Shown piece by piece: positions 48,310 to 64,000 of a stretch of DNA of 64,000 bases. Numbering within the stretch: position 1 is the stretch's first letter; every line of letters starts with the position of its first letter. Origin of the DNA: the human T2T-CHM13v2.0 reference genome, Homo sapiens; the NCBI RefSeq assembly GCF_009914755.1, contig NC_060925.1; one strand, given 5' to 3'. A program made the translations under genes and the position numbers. Under the pieces are notes generated by a model that saw only the letters and a program-made list of their open reading frames with translations, had not been told where the DNA came from and made no database searches.

Positions 48310-48603
48310 CCTTTTTCTTTTTCTGATGGATTTCACTCTCTTGTCCAGGCTGGAGTACAGTGGCTTGATCGTGGCTCACTACAGCCTCCACCTCCTGGAC
48401 TCAAGCAAACCTCCCACCTCAGCCTCCTGAGTAGCTGGGACTATGGACACGCTGCCACCACACACAGCTATTCTTTAGTTTTTGTAGAAACCGGGTCTTG
48501 CTGTGTTGCCCAGGCTGGTCTCAAATTCCTGGGGTCAGGTGATCCTCCTGCCTTAGCCTTTCAAAGTGCTGGGGATTACTGACATGAGTCACCACACCCA
48601 ACC
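48310..48603 (-). mobile_element. AluJ
   Basis: Diverged dimeric Alu. Confidence 0.88.
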
Positions 48604-48689
48604 CCCTCATTTTCCTATATCGGTCTCAACTCTGAAGTGTTTCAACCTGGAGACCTAGGTAAATTTCATTCGTTATTTGAGATTTTCCT

Positions 48690-49056
48690 ATGTCAGTAAA
48701 GGGCTCAGGTTGCCATATAAATATCATACACTGGGTGGCTTACACAATAGAAATTTATTTTCTTGAAGTTCTGGGGGGTGTAGTTTAAGACCCAGCAGTG
48801 TTCAATTTCTGGCGAGGGCTCTCTTCCTGGCTTGCAGATGGCCGCCTACTCACTGTGCCCTCACATGAACTTTCCTTGATGCACGTGTGCAGAGAGAGCT
48901 CTCTGGAGTCACTTTTATAAGGGCACTAATCCCATTAGACCACCTTCATGACCTCATCTAACCTGAATTACCTACCCAAAGCCCTATCTCCTAATATGTT
49001 GGGAGTTAGAGCTTCATATGAATTTTGGATGGACACAAATATTCAGTCTGGACAGC
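48690..49056 (-). mobile_element. MLT1A-like solo LTR
   Basis: CTGGGTGGCTTA...AGAAATTTATTT; TCATGACCTCATCTAACC. Confidence 0.8.
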
Positions 49057-49165
49057 ACCCTACCAACCTTTTGGTCGCTGACACTAAAATCCTCTGTCCC
49101 CTTCATCTCTCCTGCCCAAATCAAACTCATCACAAGTTCTTCTCCATTTGTCAACTTTGACTCTA

Positions 49166-49492
<327 letters not shown>

Positions 49493-49593
49493 AACTAGGG
49501 CTGTAAGCTCCTAAGTGGTTTTCTGTTCCCCTTCTATCTTGCCCATCCTCCAAGGTGATTTCTGCCTCAGGGCCTTTGCACTGGCTACCTCTG

Positions 49594-49953
49594 TGTATTA
49601 GTCTGTTCTCATGTGGCTAATAAAGACATACCCGAGACTGGGTAATTTACAAAGGAAAGAGGTTTAATTGACTCACAGTTCCACATGGCTGGGGAGGCCT
49701 CACTGTCATGGCAGAAGGTGAATGAGGAGCAAAGTCATGTCTTACATGGTGGCAGGCAAGAGACAGAGCTTGTGCAGGGGAACTGCCATTTATAAAACCA
49801 TCAGATCTCATGAGACTTATTCACTACCAGGAGAACAGTATGGGGGAAGCTGCCCCCATGATTCAGTTATCTTCACCTGGCCCCGCCCTTGACACATGGG
49901 AATCATTACAATTCAAGGTGAGATTTGGGTGGGCGCACAGCCAAACCATATCA
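49594..49953 (-). mobile_element. THE1 (THE1C-like) solo LTR inserted in L2
   Basis: TGTATTAGTCTGTTCTCA...CAGCCAAACCATATCA; perfect TSD CTCTG. Confidence 0.92.
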
Positions 49954-52203
49954 CTCTGCCTGGGACTTCCCCACCTCCCCAGTCTGCTGCCACCGTGTCA
50001 GTCTCAGTGAAAATGTTGTCCTCTCTGAAAGCCCTTTCTTGATCATTCTGTCAAAAGAACCCATCTTCCACCTTGACTCTTACATTCTTCTGTTTTCTTT
50101 TCCGGACATCTTGTGATAGGTTATCCCTTTACTTGTTTGTCTCTTTCAGGAAAAGAGAAGCTTTGTGAGAACAGGCCTTTGGCTTGTTCACTTCTGTGTT
50201 TGTAGTGCCCAACAACCCAGTGGTTGCTCAGTCAATGTTTATTGAAATGAATGAATGAAGTCAACAGAGATTTGTTGAGGCTTCCTGTGAACAGTCCTAT
50301 GCCCAGTGTTAGAGGAGTCCCAGAAAAATATAAAAAGCCCCAGAGGCGGCAGTGAGAACACAGGTGTTCAGCCCTGCGTGTTAAACTTTAGTTAGAGAGA
50401 GAAAGCGGGAATGAAACCAGCACCCTCAAGACGACTCTAAATGGCCGGTAGCAATTGGCTGATACAAACAACCTGCATGAACAGAACTTGAGAGCCACTC
50501 CCCGCTGGCCATGGCAGGAGGCTTCTGGAAGAAAGGGGAATAGAACCGGATGTGGAAGGAGAGGCCTTCAGGATGGGGTAGGGGAGGAGAGAAAGGCAAG
50601 ACACAGAGAGTGGAGGGCTGCAGAGGCTGGAAGATAGACCCAGGACCGTTTCCCTCCTTGGACATGTTCAGGACATTACTCTGGTCTTCCCCTGAGAGAG
50701 AACATGTTTTTCTCCACCCTGCATCATTGGTGCCTGGTACAGGGCCCTGCACAAAGTGCATGGTCAAGGAATTAAAGAATTCAGGTTGGATGAGGTAGTT
50801 CACAGCCTCCCTGGGGAGCTGGGGCTTTATCCTGTGGGCTGTGAGGGACACTGAAGTTCTGATAGACACAGTGGCTGGAGGGTTAGCATGGCTGGGCCTG
50901 AAAGCTAGGGAAGACTTAGAGGAGTCAGTTATCACCATCAGCCAGGCCTGAGAAGTGAGAAGGAGATGGATGAGGCAGGAAGAATCACTGAAAAGGACTC
51001 TGACAAAAAGAAGCAACGTATTTGGGAGCCAACTGAACATGGATATGGGCGGGAGTTGCAGATGTCTGAAAGGAGCCAGTGGGGGATATTAAGGAGAGAG
51101 TCTGGCCAGATGGGAGGCAGCAGGGAGTAGTGGGGATTGTGGCAAAGTGGGGTGCCAAGCCCCTTCCCTAGGACAGAGCCATGACTCAGCACCATGTGAG
51201 AATTTAGGCCAGAGATGCCAGATTTTCAAGTTTTACATGCAAGATCACCCATGTTCTCAATATTGGCAATTACTCCATATTACATAAAATAAATAACAAA
51301 CACTTCACAGGCCAAAGAAGACACTTCCATGGGCCAGATATAGTCCTGGAGCTGCCAGTTTGAAACCAGAGAGTGTGTGTATGTTAGAGGGGTGGAGTCA
51401 GGGAAGGGAGAGAATGCCCAAGGTCACTGAGATTTCAAGCCCAGGCCACCAGGAAAGTGATATGTCCTTGCACTGGAATAGGGAAGTCGGGAGGAACCAG
51501 GGGCCGGGGAGGATGGGCAGGGAGTGGAAGATGCTGCAGCAATGGGGATGGTCATTTGACAAAAGAGGACACAGACTGAGAACAGCTCATCCCGAGCAAG
51601 CAGCTGGATCCCAAATGCAGTTGGTCACAGACTGAAGGGGGGGGCCTGTCCCTGTGGTTAATTGGTGATGGGCGTGCAGTGTCTCTCTGGGACCTTGTCT
51701 ATGCTTCTCTTAAGCATTTGATTGTTTTAGATTTGGGGGATTTTTAAATTTGATTGATTGATTGATTGATTAAGATTGCATGATTTGCACCCTTGTATGA
51801 AGCAACTGTAAGAACACCGGTGTTAAACCTCAGAGAATGGGTTGCAGAATATTTCCCAGGTTATCAGTGGTCACCAACCCCATCCCCATCCCTAAAGAGG
51901 AAGCGAGATAAGCCCAGCGCTGTAGCATAACAACCGCGCATAGCATGCCTAACGTCACGCGAAGTCTTCTAACCCATACGCGCTGATGAATCCTGGCAAC
52001 TCCGTTAGGGAGACACGACTTATCAAACCCTTTTCATGGCCCAGCTGAAATGACACACTGACGTTCACCCAGCCAGGAAGGAAGTAACACAGCTGGGAGT
52101 CGAACCTAGAACCAGAACCTTTGACCCTGGCTCAATAATGCCTGCCTTGCACAGGCATTTAGCACTTAGCTGAGTTGACCCATCAGGCCACATGAGGTCC
52201 TTG

Positions 52204-52256
52204 TGGCTGGAGACCTGTGTGGCCAGGCTGGAGTCCTGTGTGGCCAGGCTGGAGTC
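52204..52256. repeat. 21-bp tandem repeat CTGTGTGGCCAGGCTGGAGTC, about 2.5 copies
   Basis: Read directly. Confidence 0.85.
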
Positions 52257-53249
52257 TTGCTAGGTGAGCAGGGGTGGAAGAGGGATTCCCTGGGGCAGAG
52301 CCAGGAGACAGTCCTGGTGGAGGAGTAGAGCGGTCCCTTCGGTTGCCCATGGTGGCTCTTCCAAGCCTTAACTCCCTTCCTGGTCCTCCCACCCCACCTG
52401 TCTCTATATCCTTGAGCTCAGCCGATTCCTCAGAGTCCTCTTGGGTCCACACCCCAGGATGAGGACTCTGAGGCTTTAGTGAGCATCAGGATCACTTGGC
52501 TAATTAAAAGCAGATGCCGGGCCTTACCTCGCATTCTGATTCTGTAAGTCCTTCATCTGGCCCAAGAATCTGCATGTTTAGCAGACCGCAAGGTAGTGCT
52601 TCCGGGGTCTTCAGATAACGGCCGGGTCTCAAACTGCTGCTCCCTTTGCTTCCTGACCCCCATCTGCTGCTCACCTACCATCTCCTTTTATATACCTCAT
52701 ATACTCCAGTATCGTGAGTTAGTACTGGTGGTGTGCCCATTTTACAGATGAGGACATTGAGGCTCAGAAAGTTGAAGCAACTTGCCTAAAACCATCCAGA
52801 CAGACCTGGATTTTTATCTCCACTGACTCTAACCACCTTGCTTTACTGCCTCTGCTAGATCTGCATTGGTCCCCTGGAGGTCCCTTAGCGGAGAGTTTAG
52901 GGGAAGGACTGAGAATGGTGCGATTTAGCAGTGTGTTCAATGGGCATGAAACCTGGTTGATGCCTTGGCAGCCGGAACTTTCCTTGTGTTATCTCCATGG
53001 GCTTTTAGCCCTCATATGAACGGCTGACATCATTAGTCAGAACAAACCACCCAGAATCGGTTCAACTTTCAAAGCTAAATGGAAATCAAAATGTGGAATG
53101 ACTCAGGGACTGCTCGTTAGGAAAACTGATTCCTCTGTGACTCAGAGCAGATCTTGTAACCTCCAGGGGCTTGGCATCTGGACATGGGGCTTAAAAGAGA
53201 ACAGACTGGGGAATCGCACCCCAACTGGCAGCTGTGGCACCTGGACAGG

Positions 53250-54110
<861 letters not shown>

Positions 54111-55946
54111 AGGGCAGATGCCTCCGCCCCAGCCCTGGCAACTGAGTCAGCAGACCTAGGGTGTGGCCCACGAGCATCTCCATGCTCAGCAAGTGCTGAG
54201 TGTTGATGCCCAGCCTGCGGTGGGCACCACCAGACACTAATTGCTAAAGTCTCTTCTGGCTTTAGCAGGATGGCTGAGTCTTTGCAGTTGTTGAGCATTT
54301 ACCATTAGTCTGTTTTTAAGCATAAACCTAATTGCGGTCAAAGTCTGGTCCCAGGGCTGTCTCCTGATCGTCAGCAAGACCAGCTCTAAGCTATGGACAA
54401 AGGCTCCTCAGTCACCAGGCAGATCCTGGCCATGTGCCGGGCATCACAGGGCCCGCTGTGCTGGGAACAGAGGCCAGCACTCACTTGCAGGGCTGCAGAC
54501 ACACATCAGGTATTGGGCGTCGGGCAGAACCAGACAGGCACTCTCTGATCAGTTTCTGCCTCCCTGGAAGCCCTCCAGATAATGATTTTGGCTGTGTGCT
54601 GAGGAGCTTTTGTGTTATAGACACTATGCTGATTGTTTTGGGGGCATGTTTAATTATATGAGCGGATGCATTGTGTAGTTCTTAGAGGCTGGAGCTAAGA
54701 GCCCCCACTTCTCCATGATTGCCTATGTTTCTCTGTATAAGTGACCTAACCTCTCTGAGGCTCAGCTCCTCTTCTGTAAAACGAAGACAGTGGCCGTACT
54801 TCTTCCCTCACAGAGCCTTTAGCACGGGGAGCATTTAGCAAATGCTGGCTATTATTATCTAATTTAATCCTTATAATAACCCTATAGGCAAGGTGCTATT
54901 CTTATCTGCAGAGCAAAAACCAAGGCTCAGAAAGGTCAAGTCCCTCGCCCAAGGTCATATAGCTAGAAAATGGAGGAGCTGGGATTGAAACTTGAGTCTG
55001 CTCAACTCCTGCCTCTGTTCACTGCACCATGCTGTCATCAGCTTTGTGGGATGGGGATCAATGCAGAAGACCCCCTGCAGACTGGACGGAGAATCCATCG
55101 CTGGCTGAGTGAGAGCCTGTCCTTCCGGAAGGCTGTGTGCACTGGTTCCAAGAGTGATTTCACATCCCTCTTCTACCAGCTGTGGGACCTTGGACAAGTT
55201 ACTTAATGCCTCAAGCCTCAGTTTCTTCATCTTTAAAATGGGAGTGCTAATACCAGCCTTAACAAGCTACAGTGAGGATGGAATGAGTCAATAGATGTAA
55301 GGCGTATAGAACGGCACCCTGAACACTGTAAACCTTTTGTACTTGTCTGCTGATATTTGCTGTCATCTGCGAGGTCACTCACCTGTCTAGGTTTGTAACT
55401 GAGCTGGGTGGGGCTCCAGGTTGCAGTAGGATGGGAAGTTGTCCTTCATGCCTTTGAGGAAGTGACAGGATAGCCTCCAGGTGGCATGTGGCAACAGGTG
55501 TAGCAAAAAGCCTTTTTGAACTACATCCAGGGACTCGTAAGCGCTCAGATTAAACCGTCTTTTGGATTCTCTCATTTTTAAAAACTCAAAGCCTCGTTCC
55601 CAGGCTTCGGTTCCTAACCATCTTTCTTTACTCCCTTGCAAGAGATTCGGGCTGATGGTTACCGTCATGTCTAAGTAAACGATGAGCTTCCCACCCCACA
55701 GCCCTGGCTCTCAGGTCATGGCAGCAGGTTCTCGACCAGACGGGGCTCAAGGTGAACAAACAACCTTTCTGTTTATTTATTTTGTATGCTTGCTTTAGTG
55801 TTTTGCCTGTGTTGTGGGAACCACAGCATGGGTTTCTCAAGCTGCTCTGTTTTCTTTGGGTTGAAAACAAAAATAAAAGGTGAACCATCAAACCGTGACG
55901 TCTGGCTGCCTGCATGAAACTCCACGAGGGCTGGTTTATAAATTTA

Positions 55947-56285
<339 letters not shown>

Positions 56286-56849
56286 TGAATGACTGCACTA
56301 GGCTGAAAGCAGAATGGCAGTACATAATAAGAGCATCCCTTCTGGAGTCAAATCCCCGCTCTCTTCTTGGCTGCATGACCTTGAGAATGTGTCACTCTTC
56401 CTCTGTGAGCCTCAGTCTCCTCATCTGTAAAATGGACATAGCCATGGCGCCTGCCCAATCGGACTGTCGTAAGATCAAGCAGGCAAGCTTTTGGCACAGC
56501 GTCAGCAAGCCTCAGCTTATGTGATCATCAGTACACCAGGACCACTCCGAGTTGAGCTGTTCAAGCTCTGGGTCTCTCGCCAACTGGCAGTGTGACCTTG
56601 AGCAAATAATTCACCTCTCTGAGCTTCAGGTTCTTCATTTGCAAAATTGAGGCCCCATGTTCTATCTAAATGGATTGTCCTGCATATTAAATTCTGGAAA
56701 TAAGTACCTTAGGCAGTTGGGAGCAAGAAAGAGGACAGGCAAGAAGGGCCATAGAAGGAAAGTACTGGATCCCCAAAGCTAAAAGATTATTTACCTGGTG
56801 GCTGTGAGGAGGGAAGGCCAGCCTGACAGAGGACACAGAAATATCCACT

Positions 56850-57147
56850 GTTTCTTCTTTTGGGGGGCACAGAATCTCACTCTGTCACCCAGGCTGGAGT
56901 GCAGTGGCGTGATCTCATCCCACTGCAACCTCTGCCTCCTGGGCTCAACTGATTCTGCTACCACAGCCTCCATAGTAACTGGGATTGCAGGCACCTGCCA
57001 CCACACCCAGCTAATTTTTGTGTTTTTAGTAGAGATGGAGTTTCACCATGTTGGCCAGGCTGGTCTCAAACTCCTGACCTCAAGTGATCCTCCCACCTCA
57101 ACCTTCCAAAGTACTAGGATAACAGATGTGAGCCACCACGCCCAGCC
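56850..57147 (-). mobile_element. Alu
   Basis: Dimeric Alu. Confidence 0.92.
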
Positions 57148-57966
57148 AATGGCTTCTAAATTTGAGTAGCCCCAGCATCTTCCCTGTTGGACTTGTTTTA
57201 TGTCTGCTGGTAGAATCAACACTCTTTGGGAACATATGGATCTATGGACTTTGCTTAAACAGATTCTGAATCCAAGATGTCATTTACCAAAAAAGCACAC
57301 AAGGGATAAATATCCCCCAACAGCAGAATTCTTTATTTTATAGAAGCATTCACTAGGAAATTCCTTTCAATGTTATGCATCCGTCATGTGCGTAATATGC
57401 TACTTGATTTACAAATAAGGCAGTATCGTGCAGAGGTAAAGGGTACAGTGATGGGAGCAAGATCACTCCCCACCTAGCCCCAGGTACCCCGATTCTGCCA
57501 ATTACCAGCTGCAAAACTTTATGTCCCTTTGCCTCCATTTCCTCATTTGTAAAAGGGAGATTATCGTACATGGTATCTATCTCGCCTATAGGTTGCATGA
57601 AGAATAAACAAGATAACTATAGATTGCATGAAGATAATTCTTGTAAAGAAAACTTACTACCACATAGTAAAGGCACAATATATGTAGCTAGTATTCCTTC
57701 CAATACTATTTTCTGAGTGCCTTCTGTGTGTTTGGTGCCATCTGCCCTGTGTCTGCCTTCATAGAGCTTACACCAGGGATGTGGGCTATGGGCATAGAAA
57801 CAGGCAAGGCAACAAATAACATAAATAAACAAGATGATTACATGTTGTGGTCATAGCTATGTCCAAAACCAGCAAGATGCTGAGACAGAGAACTGCATGG
57901 ACAACTACTTGCAAATGTCCGGTTTGGAAAGCCTCACTGTGGAGGTCACATTTAAGTGACAGATGA

Positions 57967-58421
<455 letters not shown>

Positions 58422-58884
58422 TTGCCTTTCTCACCAGCTCTCAGGGCTGTTGACACTGCAGGACCACACTGTGAGTGGCCAGGGACTAGCAGAGGACAGG
58501 GGGCAGAGGGTGGATCCAGGTCCAGACGACAGAGTACTTTGAAGGCAAGTGGGGAGTTTGGATTTTATTCTCAGGATAGTAGGAAGCCAGGCAGAGGAGT
58601 GACATGACTGAAGGATGCTTCTAGAAGCTCATTTTGGCTGCTGCGTAAAGACTTGCTGGGGCCAGGGCAGCTGCAGAGAGACCAGGTTGGAAACTGATAT
58701 CGTTGTCCAGGTGACAGTGGCTTAGACAAAGGTGGTAGTGATGGCAGAAGCAGGAAGTAGGTGGATTTGAAACCTTTGGACAGGTAAAATCAACCACACT
58801 TGCTGAGGTGTTAAATAAAGCCATCCATCATCATATAAGATATGTGCTTATCTTAATTTTTTAAAACTCAATAGTATAGAGTAT

Positions 58885-59095
58885 AGAGCTCTCAAGCAGG
58901 GGTGATCTTGCCCTCGCGTGGGACATTTGGCAATGTCTAGAGACATTTTTGGTTGCCCCAGCTGGGGAGATGCTATTGGTATCTAGTAGGTAGAGACCAG
59001 AGATGCTGTTATACAACCGACATTGCACAGCACAGCACTCCCAACAAAGAATTATCTGCCAGTATGTCAGTGGAGCCAGGGGAAAGAAACCTTGC
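58885..59095 (+). mobile_element. MER20 DNA transposon
   Basis: GGGACATTTGGCAATGTCTAGAGACATTTTTGGTTG. Confidence 0.85.
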
Positions 59096-62000
59096 ATAGA
59101 AGTACAGGAAGGCAGAAATGTCCTGCCTGCCCCACCCCCATCTGACCCCCACACCCCAAAGATAACTACTGTTCCCAGTGTGCTTGATGGTCCAGACTTT
59201 GTTCTGTGCATATACGCAGATTTCCCATAAGCCACCTCACCGGTGAAGTAATGCTTGGGAAATGCTCAAAACTTAGGAGCCCTGAGCCCACCATAGGAAA
59301 AGACTGTTCATTTTGTCAAATCTGTTCTATTCCTACCCCATGGGGAAGGTTACTGCCGCATTGCCCAAAACTGTATTCATTCTATCAGTTGTGATATTTT
59401 TTCTTTTTCTCCAAAGAACTTTCCAAAAATTGCTATCCTTGTGACCTAGGCAGCCTTCTCTAACTGGGACTAACTCATGAAACCTGAGAATTTCAGTGCA
59501 GGAAGAAATGTTGGGATAATATAGTCCTACCCAAGTTCTTACTGTACAGGTGGGAAAACTGAGGCCCAATACTTCTTGGAAGTGGGGAAATCCCCTTATA
59601 ATAAGTAGTCTCTTCTTCATTTACTGGGATATTAATTTCAGATTTTCAGTTTAATACACGGTTATGGCTTATGTTTCTGATTTATTTTTCTTGGTCGTGT
59701 CTATATGTGAGGTTGGTTACAATGGGTGACAAAAGGGACATTCTTAGCCTTGTACTTCCAGAGTGCTGTGACAGGTGGTCTCCAAAAGATGGGAGGAATT
59801 TTACCAGTCTGTGAACTTGAACTCTGTAGTCTGGGAAGACCAGTTGAATCTCTTTTCACTGGCTGAACTGAGTGTCATCTTCCTATGCCCATCTGTGGGT
59901 ACCACAGCTGTGCAGAGGTCAGTTTTGAGTTCAGGCTCACACGTGGAATGCTGTAGCCTGTGGCCATCCTCCTATTATCCATGCTGTCATCCTTTTAAAC
60001 GTCCACAGAGACCTCCAAGTGGAAAGAACCATGTCTACCCCATTAGAACCCCAAGCAAGGACTCTGCAGGTCAGAGAGGCTGACTCCATGGCAGCAATGA
60101 GGGCTCCAACAGCTGGAATCCAGTCCTGTCCTCCAGCTACCTGTGTCCTGAGCCCAAGGGAGCGACCCTGCCCCCTCCTCCCACTCAGCCAGTAGAGAGA
60201 GGCGGGAGCCTCTTGAGAGGCTTAGGAAGGCACCCTGGGAAGCCTCCCTACTTGTTTTCCCAAACCCCTCAGGTTGGGGGTAAATGGCGTGAAGGAGTCT
60301 GGTCTTTGATTCTTTGGCACTGGGGAGCCACTGAAAGTTCTTGAGCAGGAAGTAACCGGATAGAAAATGGCTATTCCAGGAGGATCAAAATGGCAGCAGT
60401 GTGCTGGGTGAATTGGATGGACAGGAAAGACGGGGAAGGAAGCCTGGTGGGTACAGTGAGGAATAACAGTCTACGCCAGAATGGCAGCAGTGAAAACAGA
60501 AAAGGGGGAAGAGATGGGCATTTGTGACTAATGGATGTTTGTGACTTGCCCCTGAATGAGGGAGAGCCGGGGGTCATGGATGACCTTGGTTTTGACCCCA
60601 GATGAGGAAAATAGTGACTCTGCCGATAGGGGAAATGGGCAAAGTTCACTTAGCCTCTCCCAGCTTCACTTAAGACATCTGTAGAATGGGGTTGTGTATT
60701 GAGTGGTGGGGAAGATTAAATGAAATTGTGCATGGAAATTAACCCAGGCCTGAGGGGAGTGGCAGGCACTAGGACCACGAAGAGCCTTATGAGCAGGGCT
60801 TTATCCTGCGAGGCCATAGGGAGCCATGAAGGGATGTTGCCTGAGGGTGGGATGGTCACATTTGCCTTTTGGAAGGACCTCTCTGAGAGCAGTGGAGAGA
60901 GGGCAGGCCAGCGGGGCAGGGAGACCACAGGGGAGGCCTTTGCAGTCTGTATCCAAGTGAGGTGTGGGGTTGGTCCAGACCAAGCAGAAAGTAGGGGGCA
61001 GTCCTGAAGCAGGCCGGCTGCCTTGTGTGCCTCCTCCCCTTTGTGCTTGGGGAAACCACTGGGAGGAATGCGAGGTGGCCAGCATGTGTCCTGGCAACCC
61101 CACTGTCGGGGGGTATGTGTGACTGATGGGCCATCTCTACACAAAACCTGCACTGGGCCGGGCCCTCCAGCAGCTGCAGGACATCAGAGGCTGAGCTGTT
61201 TGACCAGAGAGGCCACAGCTATCCAGTGGGAGTGTGTGGCCCCAGGCAGAGTCACCCTCCTTCCAACACAGCACCCCCATCCCCCAACCCCCATCCACCC
61301 CTCCCCGAGTCAGATCCCCATCCCCCACTGACTCCTTGGGGACTGGATCTTAATTCGCCCTGTTGCCACCACTCTGCCCTCATCTCTTCCTCCCCTGCGC
61401 TTCCACAGGTGCCCTGCACTTCTGCTCGCTTTTCCCTCATCTGTGCTGTCCATGCCTCTCTGTTCCTTCCTGCCCCTGGCCCCTAGCATGTGGTCTCACT
61501 GCGGCTTCTTCTCTCTTTGCCCATCTTGGGCATGCAGGAGGCTGAGGGCAGAGGGTGGTGATGCCTGTAGGTCCTAGTACCATGCCCGGCCCATGGGGGC
61601 AGATGGAGCCCCAGGGGCTGTCTGCCTGCTCTGTCAATCCATCTCTGCTTCCTTTCTTTTCTCCTGTATCTGTTTGCTGGATGTGGATCATAACCTTGAC
61701 AATAACGTTTTCAAGGGCAGGCCTGGTTCTTCCACCCTCTATTTCCTGCTAACAGCCCAGAGGCATTCCCACCACGGTGATTTATGACCCTCTCTATGGG
61801 GTGGCGTCTTCTAGGGCAGTGGCCTAGGAGACATTTTCCAACTTGCAGCCCCGGGACTCTGTCCTTCCTCCCTCACTGCTGGGGCCACAGCCCTCTCTCA
61901 GTGAGTGACCTTAGCAGCCATCCTCAAAACACCCCGGCCAAGGAAAGAGCTCTGATAAAACCCTCAGAGCCTGACTCTCAGCCCCCATTCCTGAGCCCCC

Positions 62001-62897
62001 ACTTTGCAGCTGCCAGCGACCTGACTGTGCAAGCTGAGAGGATGCATGGGCACAGGTGGCATTAGCTGCTCGCGCTGTTGGCACCAAGCTGGCCTCAGAA
62101 AAGGGGGGGTAGGTTTTGTTTTACTGTTTTGGTCACTTATTTCATTTAAAAAAATTTATTAGATGAGAGTGTTTTTGGCTCATACAACGGAAACATTGCT
62201 AGGTCCAGCTGGATTTCTGGGTCCAGTGGTACCCTCTGGAGTTTCTCTGAATCTCCACCTCGGCTCGCGTTAGCTCCCTGCTGGTCCCCTCCTCAGGCAG
62301 CCTCTCCCCTTGTGATGACAAGACGGCCACCAGCAGCTGCAGGCTGCATCCTGTCCTTCCTGCAAACCCAGAGGGACAGGGAAGTCTCAGTGTTTCCCCC
62401 AAAGCAAAGAACTGAGCCTCACTGGTGCTGACTGGGCCACAGCCCCACCCCCTGGGACACAGAAGAACTGATTGGCTAGGCCTGACCATGCCCAGCCTTA
62501 GAACCTGCAAGGAAGAGGCCCTGCCTGGTAGGCAAGCACATGACATGGCCACCACATCACCTGAGTGCTCAGCAAGGTAACCCAGGGCAGCCCAGCTCAC
62601 CCAGCCCAGCATGGCCATACCCCAGGGCCCCCAAAGACCCTTGTTGGGAATCACTTGTGCAACAGGCTCGGATAGCTTTACACTCCAGAAAGACAGTAGC
62701 ATTCTACTTGAAGGGTCTCTGCAGTGACTTCTTTTCTGATAACAAGAAGCATTCCTCAGTTTACCTGTTTGGGACATTCCTATTTGGTGTTAGGCTTTTG
62801 TAAAGAGAGGGCGTACCTGTGGGGGACCTGGCACTGGGTCATTTCCCCAAGATGCCATTGCCGTGTCCCCCAGCACCTGGGTGACTGCTACATCACT

Positions 62898-63840
62898 GCC
62901 TGTGACCTCAACTCTCTTCCTTCCTCTTACAGCAGGGATGAGATCACAGCCAGGAAGTGTTGGGATGATTCCATTACAAAGATGATGTTTGTTGAATGGA
63001 TGTCTGGAGAGAGACAGCAGCCAGAGGTCAGCAGCTTTGCTCCTGCCTCTCCAGGGTCCACCCTTACTGGGCAGTACCATCCAACCATCCATGCCCAGCT
63101 CATAGAGGGCACTCAGGAAATAGCAGCTGATATTTGGTCATTATATATTTTTTTGGAGACAGAATCTCGCTGTGTTGCCCAGGCGGGAATACAGTGGCAT
63201 GGTCTAGGCTCACTGCAACCTCCACCTCCCAGGTCAAGGGATTCTCCCACCTCAGCCTCCCGAGCAACTGGGATTACACGCACCCTTCACCACACCCGGC
63301 TAATTTTTCCTTTTTTTTTTTTTTTTTTTTTTAGTAGAGACAGGGTTTCACCATGTTAGCCAGGCTAGTCTCAAACTCCTAACCTCAGGTGATCCACCTG
63401 CCTCGGCCTCCCAAAGTGCTGGGATTACAGGCGTGAGCTACCTCGCCCAGCCATTGTCATTACTATTGTTATTGTGCTGGTTGTTCAGCCTGGAAGTTTC
63501 TCCAGGCTCAGGAAGCAGTCTTGACCCTTGCTGGCCTTCACCTCTCTGGCTGCCTCCATTCCATGCCTAAACATTTGGAGTTACAATTCCTTAGCTCATC
63601 TTTTGGATCTAAACACCCCAGAGGGTAGAGATGATGCTGGCATAGCTCCTGGCCTGAGGGAACACTCACCGATCTACCAGAGGCTGGGACACCCACCGTG
63701 GGGCTTGCAGGAGGATGATCTGGTTTTGAATCTGCACAGTGCTGGTTATGAGCCTGTGATCTCCACTCCCTTCCCTCCTCTTACAGCAGGGACAAGACAG
63801 CAGCCAGGGAGTGTTGGGATGATTCCATTTACAAAGATGA
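62898..63840 (+). repeat. Paired direct duplication of about 88 bp (62898-62985 and 63752-63840)
   Basis: Manual alignment: 10 mismatches and 1 gap. Confidence 0.88.
63147..63452 (-). mobile_element. Alu with expanded T-rich linker
   Basis: Dimeric Alu. Confidence 0.93.
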
Positions 63841-64000
63841 CATGCAAAATGTCCAGCTCAGTGGCTGGTACCGGGGCAGAGCTCTAGGCCTGTGGGTTGC
63901 GATTCATCTGTGAAGCCCAGAGAGGGCAAAGTTCCTGGACATAAGGCCTCAGGCAGCCCCGTGAGCCCTGGATAGCAGGGGCTAACCCAAGGTGGCAGAG

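Noticed and set aside
50426-51040. 204-aa - strand ORF
   Set aside because: Overlaps degraded L2-like sequence; no recognisable homology; length compatible with chance

Overview
This is primate (almost certainly human) genomic DNA with no recognisable protein-coding exon on the + strand. It is dense in interspersed repeats: about 40 Alu/FLAM copies, L1 3' fragments, MIR/L2, MER DNA-transposon fragments and several solo LTRs. One of these is an intact 959-bp HERV-K(HML-2) LTR5 with a perfect 6-bp target-site duplication (TSD). A CpG-island promoter at about 26.4-29.1 kb carries several + strand first-exon splice donors and a strong - strand donor, which suggests a bidirectional promoter with alternative first exons followed by a long first intron. 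The layout matches my recollection of the TMEM51/TMEM51-AS1 locus on 1p36; this is tentative and needs BLAT. Almost all ORFs in the supplied track are Alu-derived, GC-shadow or chance ORFs. I see no convincing new biological system. The most notable signals are: (1) three - strand exon-like segments in the intron that splice in frame into a stop-free ORF of about 113 codons, followed by AATAAA; (2) five short, non-adjacent, same-orientation local duplications spaced 0.85-1.6 kb apart, two of them templated insertions into old LTRs; (3) back-to-back opposite-strand splice donors and an isoform-specific uORF in the promoter; (4) a full-length CTCF-type site. Repeat subfamily names come from recalled consensus sequences, and boundaries without a TSD are approximate.
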